Below, one piece after another: positions 1 to 8,371 of a stretch of DNA of 52,988 bases. The translations under genes were made by a program, and so were the position numbers. Below the pieces are notes generated by a model, which made no database searches, was not told the origin of the DNA, and saw nothing but the letters and a program-made list of their open reading frames with translations. Every line of letters begins with the position of its first letter. Within the stretch, counting starts at the first letter, position 1. Source of the stretch: a virus (Duplodnaviria > Caudoviricetes); the IMG/VR virus record IMGVR_UViG_3300029156_000003, positions 1 through 52,988 of that record; one strand, given 5' to 3'.

Positions 1-17
1 GTTTCCCAGTCACGATC
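1..17 (+). other. Residual random-amplification primer tag (library artefact)
   Basis: GTTTCCCAGTCACGATC at the exact contig start matches the M13-derived Round A/B (SISPA) tag. Confidence 0.85.
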
Positions 18-610
18 GGACCGCAGGGACGAGCATTTATGCTATCGGCTTTGATGGCACAAGCCTGCTATTGCAAAAGCGCACCATCTCAACGCTTGCG
101 GCCAGTGTCACCAAGACGCTTGGGGCAACGACGCTGGCGCAAATCGACGCATACACCTATTACGCCAATGTGTTTACGCCGCCCGCCACGTTTGGCGATG
201 CCTCAACCGTTTATGTGTTTGGTCGGTGGACAGATGGCACAGTGCGCCACGTGCAAAAGTCAACCGATGGCGGCGCAACGCTAACCGATATTGGCGATTC
301 GGTAACCTGGGGCAGCGATTACATATCAGCCTTTTTTGCCACCGATGCCAACACGCTTTTTGCGTTTCGGGCTGGCACAACCAAGGCTCTGTATCGGTCA
401 CAGGATGCGGGGTCAACTTGGGATAATCTCAGCACATTGCCCTTCAACGTGTCGCGGGCCTCGCTTGGGAGCGATGGCCGAATTGCGATCTGCAACCGCG
501 ATTCAAGCGGGGCGCAAGTCGAGGTCGCCGATGGGCCTTTATTTAGTAGCTGGACAGACATCAGCGGCACATTGCCGACCAACGGTAAGGGGTCAATCGT
601 TTGGGTTTAG
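2..610 (+). CDS. C-terminal fragment of tail-tip/receptor-binding protein with BNR/Asp-box beta-propeller repeats (5' truncated)
   Basis: Frame open from nt 2; SxDGGxT/SxDAGxTW Asp-box motifs (KSTDGGATL, RSQDAGSTW); may be the end of the ORF starting at 52091. Confidence 0.7.
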   Translation, partial: FPSHDRTAGTSIYAIGFDGTSLLLQKRTISTLAASVTKTLGATTLAQIDAYTYYANVFTPPATFGDASTVYVFGRWTDGTVRHVQKSTDGGATLTDIGDSVTWGSDYISAFFATDANTLFAFRAGTTKALYRSQDAGSTWDNLSTLPFNVSRASLGSDGRIAICNRDSSGAQVEVADGPLFSSWTDISGTLPTNGKGSIVWV

Positions 611-1552
611 AGTTTGGAGCGCAAGCGGCAAAACGATGGGGTATAGCATCATTAGCAAGCGGGTTTCCTCCCATCGGCCAAAGGCTAGAATGGTGATGAT
701 ATAGAGCAAGCCGACGATTGCCATTTGCTTGAGGAATGACGCGGCTTGCGGGTAGTGGCGAATCGCCGCAAACCAGAGAACGCCAAAGAAGATGAGGCTA
801 TTTAATGCGCCTTCGTAGATGCCACGTGGCGATGTGTTCTCAGCCCAAATGTCGGCAACTGTCACCGAGCGGGGCGCATCGCCAAGCCAGAGGCGCAAGA
901 CAACGAATACGCCAAGCCACGCCAAGCCAAGGGCCAGTGACATTGGCAGCTTGCGGCGATGAATAGCATAAGCAACGACGATGAATATAGCCGTCTCACG
1001 ATTGAGCGAAGCGATTAAGACCAGTGGCAAGAGCCACCCATCGGCGTGACGATAGATCAGATATAAGGCAATGATGAACAGCGTCACTTCCAGAAATGAG
1101 TAGGGGTAGAAGTAGCGAAGCCCAACCGGCATTGTAAAGGCGGCGATCAAGCAACCGATCAGGGCTGACTTATCATCAAGCCAAAGCCGCAGATAGAGGT
1201 AGAGGCTAACCAATAGCGTTGCAATCGCGGCAAAGAAGTAGGTTGCGTAGGACAGCAAAAACGCCAAGCCATTGCCAACATAGTGAGACAAATTGACAAT
1301 AAGGACATTGACCAGATATGGCACAAGGATGCGATACCGATACGGCGCAAGCCCACCAGAAACAATATCAGTATGCGCCTCAATGCGCTTTGGCAATATC
1401 GCGCCTTCGGCAAAGGCCAGCCGCCAGATGTCATCAACGACCAGAAACGCGGCAAAACCAATGAGCAACCATAATATGAGCTTATCCCGACTTGTAACCA
1501 TAACAATGATTGTATCAATCCTATCGGCCTGTGTCCAAGCCACGCCACGCAT
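593..1552 (-). CDS. Polytopic membrane protein, putative GT-C-fold glycosyltransferase (surface modification)
   Basis: About 9-10 hydrophobic segments; PYRYRIL, LNRETA, WEETRL loop motifs; start may be 1501. Confidence 0.5.
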   Translation of the reverse strand: MRGVAWTQADRIDTIIVMVTSRDKLILWLLIGFAAFLVVDDIWRLAFAEGAILPKRIEAHTDIVSGGLAPYRYRILVPYLVNVLIVNLSHYVGNGLAFLLSYATYFFAAIATLLVSLYLYLRLWLDDKSALIGCLIAAFTMPVGLRYFYPYSFLEVTLFIIALYLIYRHADGWLLPLVLIASLNRETAIFIVVAYAIHRRKLPMSLALGLAWLGVFVVLRLWLGDAPRSVTVADIWAENTSPRGIYEGALNSLIFFGVLWFAAIRHYPQAASFLKQMAIVGLLYIITILAFGRWEETRLLMMLYPIVLPLALQTLNPND

Positions 1553-1688
1553 TACGCAAGCGGAGTGCTATAGCCTCGACGGCAAGCAACGCTACGATAC
1601 ACTGGCCAACACGTGCCAGACGCTATCGAGCTTGGGCAATTGGGTTGACGTGCCACCCGAAACATTCACGCAGTGGGAGTATGAATAG
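1476..1688 (+). CDS. Small putative lipoprotein
   Basis: MSLSRLVTITMIVSILSAC with LSAC lipobox; stop abuts the 1689 start. Confidence 0.5.
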   Translation: MSLSRLVTITMIVSILSACVQATPRITQAECYSLDGKQRYDTLANTCQTLSSLGNWVDVPPETFTQWEYE

Positions 1689-3392
1689 ATGGGATTAAGA
1701 GACGAAATAGCAGAGCTTCGCGCTGAGGTGGCAGCACTTCGCGCAAACATTGGGGGCAATCGCGGTGATCGGCCTTGGGATGGCGTGATTGTCAACGGGC
1801 CAGCAGGCGAGATCACGCCAAGCTATGACCCAAAAAAGTGTTGGGTCAAGCCGCTTGCCGCGATTGGAACAAACGACAGCAGTCCGGTTGTGCTTTTGCG
1901 TTGCCGCTGGATTGTGCCACAGATCGGCTTGCCCGTCACCGTTGGCACAATGCACGGTGGCAATGAGCAAGAGGTACTCGGCGTTTTGGCTGATGATCTG
2001 GCGTTAATGCCAGGTTATACGGGACAAGACTTCACCACGGCTGGACACGCCGACAACCACGGATGGGAGCGCAGTCTGACCTATCCCTACTCGCAACCGC
2101 ATAAAGATGCCGCAAGCCTGGGCGTTCGCAATCTGACACCGCTTCGCGTTATTCCGAGCGTTGCCGGCGGGCTAAAAGTCGACATCGGCTCTTATGGCGA
2201 TTATGGCGGCTATGTGGGCCTTAATCTGGCCTCGCATCAGCCAAGTTCAGGCGATGCGCTATTCGTGACGGTCTATCTGGACAAAGATACCAATACCGCA
2301 AAATCCACGGCTGGCTCATCCATTGCGGACAATACCGCCGTCAATCCACCCAAAGCCACGCCAAGCGAAACCAATGTCATCATTGCCGCTTATGTCAGGC
2401 TGGATGGCGATGCTACGACCATTGCCGATGGTGACATTGACGACCCGCGTTTGTTATTCGAGGATGGCCGAATTGCGACTTTGCCGTATCGGGTCGCAGG
2501 CGCAACCGGCACGGACAAATCAGCCGCGCAACCTGACAGCCACGATGATTTTTTGGTCAGCGATCAGATACAATTTCGCGGCGGCTTGGTTGCAGGGGGT
2601 GACGATGGCGACAGCACGACTTCAGAAGTCACGGTTTACCACGACACTGCTACCGCTTATGCTGCGGCGTTGCCAGCCAATGCAGATACGGCGTTGCAGC
2701 TTATCAACACCGAAGATCACGTATCAGGTGGGGTTCAAACGGGCGTTGTGTTCCGGCTGTCAGGTGACACCATTACCCGCAAGGCTGGCATATTCGCCAT
2801 CTCAAGAGCCACCGGCACGCGCGAGGCTGATCTGGTTTTTGTCATTGACGATGGCACGGCACGGCCAGAGGTGGTAAGGCTGACCGATGCCAAAGCGCAG
2901 TTTTTGACCAATGTGGTCGTTAGTCCCACGGCTGGCGATTCGGCACTTGCGCCGATGAGCGTACACAAAGATAGCTCAACCGCCTACGCCAATGTCGTGC
3001 CAAATGCCACGACGCTCCCGTTCTATGTCAAAAATACCGAAGATCACGCATCGGGCGGCGTGTATACGGGCTTTATGTTCAACCTGACTGGCGACAGCGA
3101 AAACCGGATTGTGTTTTTTGGAGCTATTACCGAATCGGATGCAAACCAAAAAACCTCATTTGTCATTTGCACCGATGATGACAACACGCGAACCGAAAAA
3201 TTCAGACTGACCGGCGATGGCGATCTGCACATTGGCAGCGCGGGCGCGCCAGGTGCGGCATTGGAAATTGATTTGGCAACCGAAGATTTAGAGATCGTAG
3301 ACGCGGGTAGCACCTCAGCCACCGAGCAAGATTGGATAGAAGTGCAAGTTGGCGGGAACACAGGGTACATTCGCGTTTATGCGACCAAATAG
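1689..3392 (+). CDS. Tail fibre protein with two internal repeats
   Basis: 567 aa, G/A/T/D rich; duplicated ~95 aa module (..TAYA..NTEDH.SGGV.TG..F.L.GD..); C-terminal GYIRVYATK typical of fibres. Confidence 0.7.
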   Translation: MGLRDEIAELRAEVAALRANIGGNRGDRPWDGVIVNGPAGEITPSYDPKKCWVKPLAAIGTNDSSPVVLLRCRWIVPQIGLPVTVGTMHGGNEQEVLGVLADDLALMPGYTGQDFTTAGHADNHGWERSLTYPYSQPHKDAASLGVRNLTPLRVIPSVAGGLKVDIGSYGDYGGYVGLNLASHQPSSGDALFVTVYLDKDTNTAKSTAGSSIADNTAVNPPKATPSETNVIIAAYVRLDGDATTIADGDIDDPRLLFEDGRIATLPYRVAGATGTDKSAAQPDSHDDFLVSDQIQFRGGLVAGGDDGDSTTSEVTVYHDTATAYAAALPANADTALQLINTEDHVSGGVQTGVVFRLSGDTITRKAGIFAISRATGTREADLVFVIDDGTARPEVVRLTDAKAQFLTNVVVSPTAGDSALAPMSVHKDSSTAYANVVPNATTLPFYVKNTEDHASGGVYTGFMFNLTGDSENRIVFFGAITESDANQKTSFVICTDDDNTRTEKFRLTGDGDLHIGSAGAPGAALEIDLATEDLEIVDAGSTSATEQDWIEVQVGGNTGYIRVYATK

Positions 3393-3418
3393 ACTTTGAC
3401 GTATTAGAGGATAAAATT

Positions 3419-3682
3419 ATGGCAATCGTACCAAAAGTGTGGACAGCCAGCGATGTAAATATGGGCAAGCTGGTCATTGTGCAGCAAGGCACAACGCTAA
3501 CCTTCGAGCGGCGATATACCTTTGTCGATGCGCTTGGCAATGAATTAGACATCAGCGGCGGGCGTGTGGTCGAATCGGTGGAATGGTCTGACCTACCATC
3601 GGACATCCAGACCGCTTTGAGCAGCATTGACAGCTTTACCAAAAGCCGCGCCTTAACTCAAGAGGGGATGGGCAGTGTTTAA
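3419..3682 (+). CDS. Small hypothetical protein, possible fibre chaperone
   Basis: GAGGA SD before ATG 3419; follows the fibre gene. Confidence 0.6.
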   Translation: MAIVPKVWTASDVNMGKLVIVQQGTTLTFERRYTFVDALGNELDISGGRVVESVEWSDLPSDIQTALSSIDSFTKSRALTQEGMGSV

Positions 3683-4271
3683 GCATCTGTACTATAACGC
3701 CAAATTTCTCGCCGCCACCCGGCGACCAATGCCAAGCGGCACGTATGGCCTGATCGTGCGCGATGCCAAAACCACCGGCTTGCGGTGGCGTTGCATCGGC
3801 GTTCATCATTTGAGCGGTGCGGAGAATCGTGGCAATCACAACATCTTCCTCGACATTTTGGATGTTGCGGGTCATCGGGTTAATGGCGCAAAATTCAAAG
3901 TCTCCATTGGCGCATCGCCGTATGCCACCGAAGCGATAGCCGACAAGCCAGCCAATGAACCGGCCAGCAACGTGCCGATGTATCGCGGCAATAAATACGC
4001 GATCAGTATCAAAGGCGATACGCCAAGCGATATTGTGTTCGGGCTGAGTACCGATCACCTAGACGAGGATGATGGCAACACGATTGGTCATCATTCGTTT
4101 TATGTGGTGTTTCAGCTAGTCACGGGGCAGACGTTGCCACCGGTTGAGGATACCGCACCCGTGGTGATTGCGCCGCCAAGGGTAGCACGCGAGATTGTGA
4201 TCGGTGGCTTGCTTGAAGGCGATACCGTCAAGCGCGAGGCCGATAGACTGACGATCAGGTTTGTGGTATAA
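3675..4271 (+). CDS. Chloroflexi-type cell-envelope-associated domain protein (candidate lysis/wall-binding)
   Basis: ENRGNHNIFLDILD..DKPANEP..NVPMY..PSDIV.GL.T.H.DE..GNT.GHHSFYVVFQ, recalled from Anaerolineae/Caldilineae proteins. Confidence 0.45.
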   Translation: MFKHLYYNAKFLAATRRPMPSGTYGLIVRDAKTTGLRWRCIGVHHLSGAENRGNHNIFLDILDVAGHRVNGAKFKVSIGASPYATEAIADKPANEPASNVPMYRGNKYAISIKGDTPSDIVFGLSTDHLDEDDGNTIGHHSFYVVFQLVTGQTLPPVEDTAPVVIAPPRVAREIVIGGLLEGDTVKREADRLTIRFVV

Positions 4272-4272
4272 T
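4244..4272 (+). promoter_or_regulatory. Sigma70-type promoter, probably yielding leaderless mRNA for 4280
   Basis: TAGACT-17-TATAAT with TG extension; ATG 7 nt downstream. Confidence 0.55.
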
Positions 4273-4279
4273 ATCGCCT

Positions 4280-4540
4280 ATGGATAACGAATGGACGCTA
4301 GAAAAACCGACCCGACCTGGCGCGTATTGGTACGCAACGCCTGAAAGCACATCGCGTGATCGCCCTTGGTTGGTCGAAGTAAATATTACTCATAAATGCG
4401 TTGACCACGGGCCGCCAGCAGTGTATGAACTAGACCAAATTCGCGTGCACCAGCCTGGGACAACCCGCATCCGAACGCCAGAGGATTTGCCAGGGCATTG
4501 GCTAGGCCCATTAGCCAAGCCGAATTTGCCAGGAGCATAA
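4280..4540 (+). CDS. Hypothetical phage protein
   Basis: WT.EKPT.PG.YWY...W.GP motif common in small phage proteins. Confidence 0.65.
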   Translation: MDNEWTLEKPTRPGAYWYATPESTSRDRPWLVEVNITHKCVDHGPPAVYELDQIRVHQPGTTRIRTPEDLPGHWLGPLAKPNLPGA

Positions 4541-4547
4541 TATTGCT

Positions 4548-4745
4548 ATGGAACTTAATGATTTTTTAGCATCGGTTGACAAATCTAATATTGAAATACG
4601 GCAACACGATTGTAGCCAGCCAAAGCCAGGGACTATGGTGTTAGATTTAGGCGATGGCGAGCCAATAACCGTGGCCTACGATGACAGGGTTGACCACATT
4701 GACGGCAGAATAGAGCTAATTGGATGCCGAACGATTGAGGCATAA
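4548..4745 (+). CDS. Hypothetical protein
   Basis: AGGAG SD; 65 aa ORF. Confidence 0.55.
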   Translation: MELNDFLASVDKSNIEIRQHDCSQPKPGTMVLDLGDGEPITVAYDDRVDHIDGRIELIGCRTIEA

Positions 4746-4777
4746 CTAAACGGGGGTGATTTCTGCTACAATCCCCT

Positions 4778-4900
4778 CACCAGCCAGTGAACCCGCGTCC
4801 GCTCGCGTGTGGCATAGGATGAGGCTAGTCCAAAGATTGCCCTAGCTGGCTGGTGGATTGACGCAATAAAAAAGAGCCTCGGTTGTGAGGCTCTTTTTTA
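4778..4900 (+). ncRNA. Candidate structured small RNA
   Basis: Extended -10 TGCTACAAT at 4764-4772; 10-bp closing stem CACCAGCCAG/CTGGCTGGTG with inner hairpins; ends at terminator. Confidence 0.5.
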
Positions 4901-4902
4901 TT
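4865..4902. terminator. Bidirectional rho-independent terminator
   Basis: AATAAAAAAGAGCCTC-ggttgt-GAGGCTCTTTTTTATT between convergent units. Confidence 0.9.
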
Positions 4903-4914
4903 TGGTCGATGGTT

Positions 4915-5157
4915 TTATAATTGGTGTACTCCTTGGTCAAACACAGTTATGCTGACCACTTTTCCTACCCCAATTATACTTCGCACGATGTAATGAACAT
5001 CTGCGCCGTCCCTATTGCCTGGCCCTTTTTCTGGCCCATACTTAACCGCAATGCAGTTAGTCCCATATTCATCAGTGTATTGCTGTGACGAGATAGCAAC
5101 ACATTCGCTTCTGATTTTTTTGGCGGTTTCCTGGTATTCTTTTCCTGTACTTTTCAT
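4915..5157 (-). CDS. Hypothetical protein
   Basis: 80 aa; ATGA overlap with upstream RHH gene. Confidence 0.6.
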   Translation of the reverse strand: MKSTGKEYQETAKKIRSECVAISSQQYTDEYGTNCIAVKYGPEKGPGNRDGADVHYIVRSIIGVGKVVSITVFDQGVHQL

Positions 5158-5321
5158 TTCGCATCACTCCCTTTCTGAGTAATCCACAATTCAATTAAAT
5201 CTGCCATTGACACGCCTTCGGCTCTGGCTATCGCTTGCAACCGAGCCTTGAGCGTTGCGTTAATTCTGATCTCAAGGCGGGCATCGCGCCCGCCTTTATG
5301 CGGCGTTACTTTTCGCTTCAT
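5154..5321 (-). CDS. Ribbon-helix-helix (Arc/CopG-like) DNA-binding protein, 55 aa (not in ORF track)
   Basis: MKRKVTPHKGGRDARLEIRINATLKARLQAIARAEGVSMADLIELWITQKGSDAK; coupled on both sides. Confidence 0.75.
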   Translation of the reverse strand: MKRKVTPHKGGRDARLEIRINATLKARLQAIARAEGVSMADLIELWITQKGSDAK

Positions 5322-5524
5322 TTTTTTGCCCAAGCTAATTCAGTGCTATTAGCTTCACGCTTTGCCCATTCTCCTGTGATCTCGTTTTCGATATATGATA
5401 CTACGTCTATTCGGCCAAGCGATTCCTCGACAGCATCTTGCTTGGTTTCGCAACTTGTTTCAAAGTTTCGCTTAGGGTTGCTGTAATAAAATGATACTTT
5501 CCAAGGCCATAAATTTTCAATCAT
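5318..5524 (-). CDS. Hypothetical protein
   Basis: AAGGATAACGAAAATG leader. Confidence 0.6.
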   Translation of the reverse strand: MIENLWPWKVSFYYSNPKRNFETSCETKQDAVEESLGRIDVVSYIENEITGEWAKREANSTELAWAKK

Positions 5525-5573
5525 TTTCGTTATCCTTCGAGCAGTTTTGTGACTTGCTCAGGTCTGATTGGGT

Positions 5574-5864
5574 TTATGCTGTTTTGGCTAAATTTTCGGC
5601 CATAATCTTAGCGTTACTTTCTGCTATAATTTCAGTGTCAAGACCTCTGACCCAACTTACCTGTGTTGTGTCTGACCCTTTCAGGATGCGCAATTCTAGT
5701 TGCCCAGCTTCGCAAGCGTTGCTTACTGCCAAGATTGCGGTTGACATTTCTACGTCACTCCCTGCTATTATCATTGCGAATGTTATCAAGTTTCCGCTTG
5801 TCCCTCGGTTCGCTTTGTGCAATTTGCTGATTAGTCTTTCCTGTGCTTGAGTTGCGTTTAACAT
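5574..5864 (-). CDS. Hypothetical protein
   Basis: AAAGGATAACGAAAATG leader; first gene after a strong promoter. Confidence 0.65.
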   Translation of the reverse strand: MLNATQAQERLISKLHKANRGTSGNLITFAMIIAGSDVEMSTAILAVSNACEAGQLELRILKGSDTTQVSWVRGLDTEIIAESNAKIMAENLAKTA

Positions 5865-5907
5865 TTTCGTTATCCTTTGCTAGTTACTGCTTCGCTTCGT
5901 TATATAT

Positions 5908-5936
5908 ATAATACAACATTGTACGTACAATGTCAA
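5908..5936 (-). promoter_or_regulatory. Strong sigma70 promoter with palindromic operator
   Basis: TTGACA-17-TATTAT; perfect 18-bp palindrome ACATTGTACGTACAATGT (5916-5933) across the spacer and -35. Confidence 0.85.
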
Positions 5937-5960
5937 GCATCTTTAAGGTTCGGATACAAT

Positions 5961-5993
5961 AAAAAAAGTCTCACCGGATAGTGAGACTTTTTG
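5961..5993. terminator. Rho-independent terminator of the main leftward operon
   Basis: AAAAAAAGTCTCAC-cggata-GTGAGACTTTTT. Confidence 0.85.
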
Positions 5994-5995
5994 GC

Positions 5996-6229
5996 TTAAC
6001 CGTCAATCATTCGACTAGGCACATTGTACACGATCACGCTCGGCTCTGGCTCTGGCGGCGTGTAGTATTTCTGCCAAGCGGCGTAAAGCTCAAGGCTTTC
6101 TGATGCCAGCAATGCGCCGAACGCTTCGGCGAAGTCTGGCCGCAGCTTTGCCAGGGCAATGCACCGGCTAAGCAATGCGTCGTTTCTGATGTGGCCCAGG
6201 GGGATGTCTCTCCAATCTTGGTGGCTCAT
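5996..6229 (-). CDS. Hypothetical protein
   Basis: GAGG SD; ATG overlaps previous stop. Confidence 0.55.
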   Translation of the reverse strand: MSHQDWRDIPLGHIRNDALLSRCIALAKLRPDFAEAFGALLASESLELYAAWQKYYTPPEPEPSVIVYNVPSRMIDG

Positions 6230-6432
6230 CTCGCCACCTCGATCATCATTGTATGGCGTGATTGGGGTCTGTAATACGCAAACCAATATTGCTCCATTTC
6301 GCGGCCATAGCCAGCCGCGAGAATGTCGAGCATTGGTATCGCGGTTGGGTTCGACAGTGCCAATTGTCGAAACGGGCCGAACACTTCATCGGCTGTCATA
6401 ATGTTGAGTGGTGTCTCATCTATCGCATTCAT
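6226..6432 (-). CDS. Hypothetical protein
   Basis: AAAGGA SD; 68 aa. Confidence 0.55.
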   Translation of the reverse strand: MNAIDETPLNIMTADEVFGPFRQLALSNPTAIPMLDILAAGYGREMEQYWFAYYRPQSRHTMMIEVAR

Positions 6433-6594
6433 TCGCTGGTTCCTTTCGCCCGATTGGGCTTGTTACACTATATCCTATTCAATAACTTCGTTCTCGACTA
6501 TAACCGTGTGGCGCGGTGGCTGGCGAGGGCGGCGGCGGCGGCGGATAGCCACGTTGCCACGGGTTGCGGGCTGATCGGTGGGGGAGGGGGGAGG

Positions 6595-7419
6595 CTACAC
6601 AATGCGAGTTCGATTGTCAGCCACCGCGTTAAAGGTTCGCTTGCCCATTGCGGTTAGTTCGTATTGCCCCCCTACCCCGCTTTCAATATATTTTAATTTT
6701 TCGCAATGCTCAATAAGGGCTTTCCATTGCGCCTCAGTCATCACCTTGTTTGGGTTTCTGGCCCACTGCCCACGGCCAAAGGTTTTGCCATCGTGGATGA
6801 TGCCATAGCAGAATTCAGCGAATAGCTCATAGGTGATACCGTTCGGCAAATGGGTGCGCTTAATTTGCGTGTGATGCTTCGCCTCATCCTGAATGACCAC
6901 ATTAACTGTATGCTGCGGTTCCTCTGGCGATGCGGGTGGCTCTGGCTCATCTCGGCTCAAGGCTTCGCCGATCTCCTCGTAGACAATCAGCAGCTTGTCA
7001 AACCCGCGAATAGCGATCTCCCAACTAACGTACAAAATGCCGATGTAGCTGACCAGAAATCCCCAAAAGTTGAAATAGCCCACGCCGCCATAAATGGATA
7101 GCCAGATCAGGCATTGCAACGCCGTGCCACCGATCAAGGCACGCAGCCCAGGCACGATCACATCAGCCTCTTTGCTCGGTGCGCGTGTCGGCGTTCGCTT
7201 GGTGTAGATGCCGCCTGGCGGTGGCAGAGCCAATGTGCTATCAGTTGGTAGCGACGATTCCAGTTTGCCAACATCCTGGCGTTGCCACGCGCCGATCCGC
7301 TGCCGCGTTTCGGGTCGCAGGTCTTGGTACGGGTCAGCCTCGGTTTTGCGTTCGCTGGCCGCTGTGATGACCAACATTGTATTGCAATGTGGGCAATTGG
7401 TATATCGTTTCTGGTTCAT
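6595..7419 (-). CDS. Membrane protein with N-terminal CxxC and C-terminal winged-helix-like region
   Basis: Two TM segments; YELTAMGK wHTH-type ending; GGAGG SD. Confidence 0.6.
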   Translation of the reverse strand: MNQKRYTNCPHCNTMLVITAASERKTEADPYQDLRPETRQRIGAWQRQDVGKLESSLPTDSTLALPPPGGIYTKRTPTRAPSKEADVIVPGLRALIGGTALQCLIWLSIYGGVGYFNFWGFLVSYIGILYVSWEIAIRGFDKLLIVYEEIGEALSRDEPEPPASPEEPQHTVNVVIQDEAKHHTQIKRTHLPNGITYELFAEFCYGIIHDGKTFGRGQWARNPNKVMTEAQWKALIEHCEKLKYIESGVGGQYELTAMGKRTFNAVADNRTRIV

Positions 7420-7428
7420 TATATCCTC

Positions 7429-7611
7429 CTACGCGATTGCCATTGGTAGCGGTGGCAATAACAAACTGATAATAGCAAGGCAGATCAGGGCTACATCTGA
7501 TCGTATGTCGGTGGCGATAATTCTGGTAATGGCGACACTGGCGATGCCAGCGATGATACATAATCCGATCAGGTAGCCAAGCACGAACATTGGCACTGAG
7601 TAGGTTCTCAT
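7429..7611 (-). CDS. Small 2-TM membrane protein
   Basis: Entirely hydrophobic 60 aa; coupled start. Confidence 0.55.
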   Translation of the reverse strand: MRTYSVPMFVLGYLIGLCIIAGIASVAITRIIATDIRSDVALICLAIISLLLPPLPMAIA

Positions 7612-8111
7612 ACAACACCGTCCAAAAACTTTTGCCCTGCTTCTGTAATCTCTATCACTTGCGGTCTATTCAAATTTCTTAAGCCAGTTAGGATTTCTGA
7701 CAGCTTACTGCTAGACATATATCTTAATTCTTTTCTGTTGCTTTCTTCGTAAAAATACGCCTCAGTATTTCTTAGAAACTTCTTTTCTACATCTCCATTT
7801 ATTACAAGCAATAAAGTTACAGGTTGCCCATACTCGGACGACAGCGCAGACATCCTGTTTTTGACGTTTATTGTTTTTCCTATTTTGCATATTCCATCCC
7901 CCCTCATAGCCAAATAAGTCATATACTTCCTAGGGGCTGATCTATTAAAAACGGGGGGAAGCATTTTTATTTCGTCAAAGTAAACCCCTTTTCTGAGTAA
8001 TTCCTTAATTGCGCCCTGAACAGAATATCCCCTATTAACAAGATTGTTCACTTTGTCTTTTATTATCCCATCGTCTTTCGACAACCTTACTTCAAGTTCC
8101 ATTATTGCCAT
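7608..8111 (-). CDS. ParR-like N-terminal domain fused to GIY-YIG (T5orf172/MUG113-like) nuclease
   Basis: TYLAMRGDGICKIGKTINVKNRMSAL motif; AT-rich relative to neighbours. Confidence 0.7.
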   Translation of the reverse strand: MAIMELEVRLSKDDGIIKDKVNNLVNRGYSVQGAIKELLRKGVYFDEIKMLPPVFNRSAPRKYMTYLAMRGDGICKIGKTINVKNRMSALSSEYGQPVTLLLVINGDVEKKFLRNTEAYFYEESNRKELRYMSSSKLSEILTGLRNLNRPQVIEITEAGQKFLDGVV

Positions 8112-8371
8112 CCTGCAAGCGCATCTTTCATCGCTTGATCGTCATCAATAGGCCGTGTTTCAGTCTCAGCGTAGGCAAAACCAGTGTCATTCTTAGGCAA
8201 ATCTGCGCCATTGACGTTTACGGTTAAATTGATTGGCTCGTTTTTTGCGGCCAGCCCTGCGCGAATTAGCTCTTTTACTGCGGCGGGTTTGGTGTAGCCA
8301 TCGGCCATCATTGACTCGATGGCGCGTATTATTTTTAGATCGTCAGTCGTGAAATTAATTCTTACTTGCAC
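8102..8371 (-). CDS. Putative ParR-like RHH centromere-binding adaptor
   Basis: GTG start with GGAGG SD inside parM 3' end; beta-strand-helix-helix N-terminus, acidic tail. Confidence 0.6.
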   Translation of the reverse strand: MQVRINFTTDDLKIIRAIESMMADGYTKPAAVKELIRAGLAAKNEPINLTVNVNGADLPKNDTGFAYAETETRPIDDDQAMKDALAGWQ

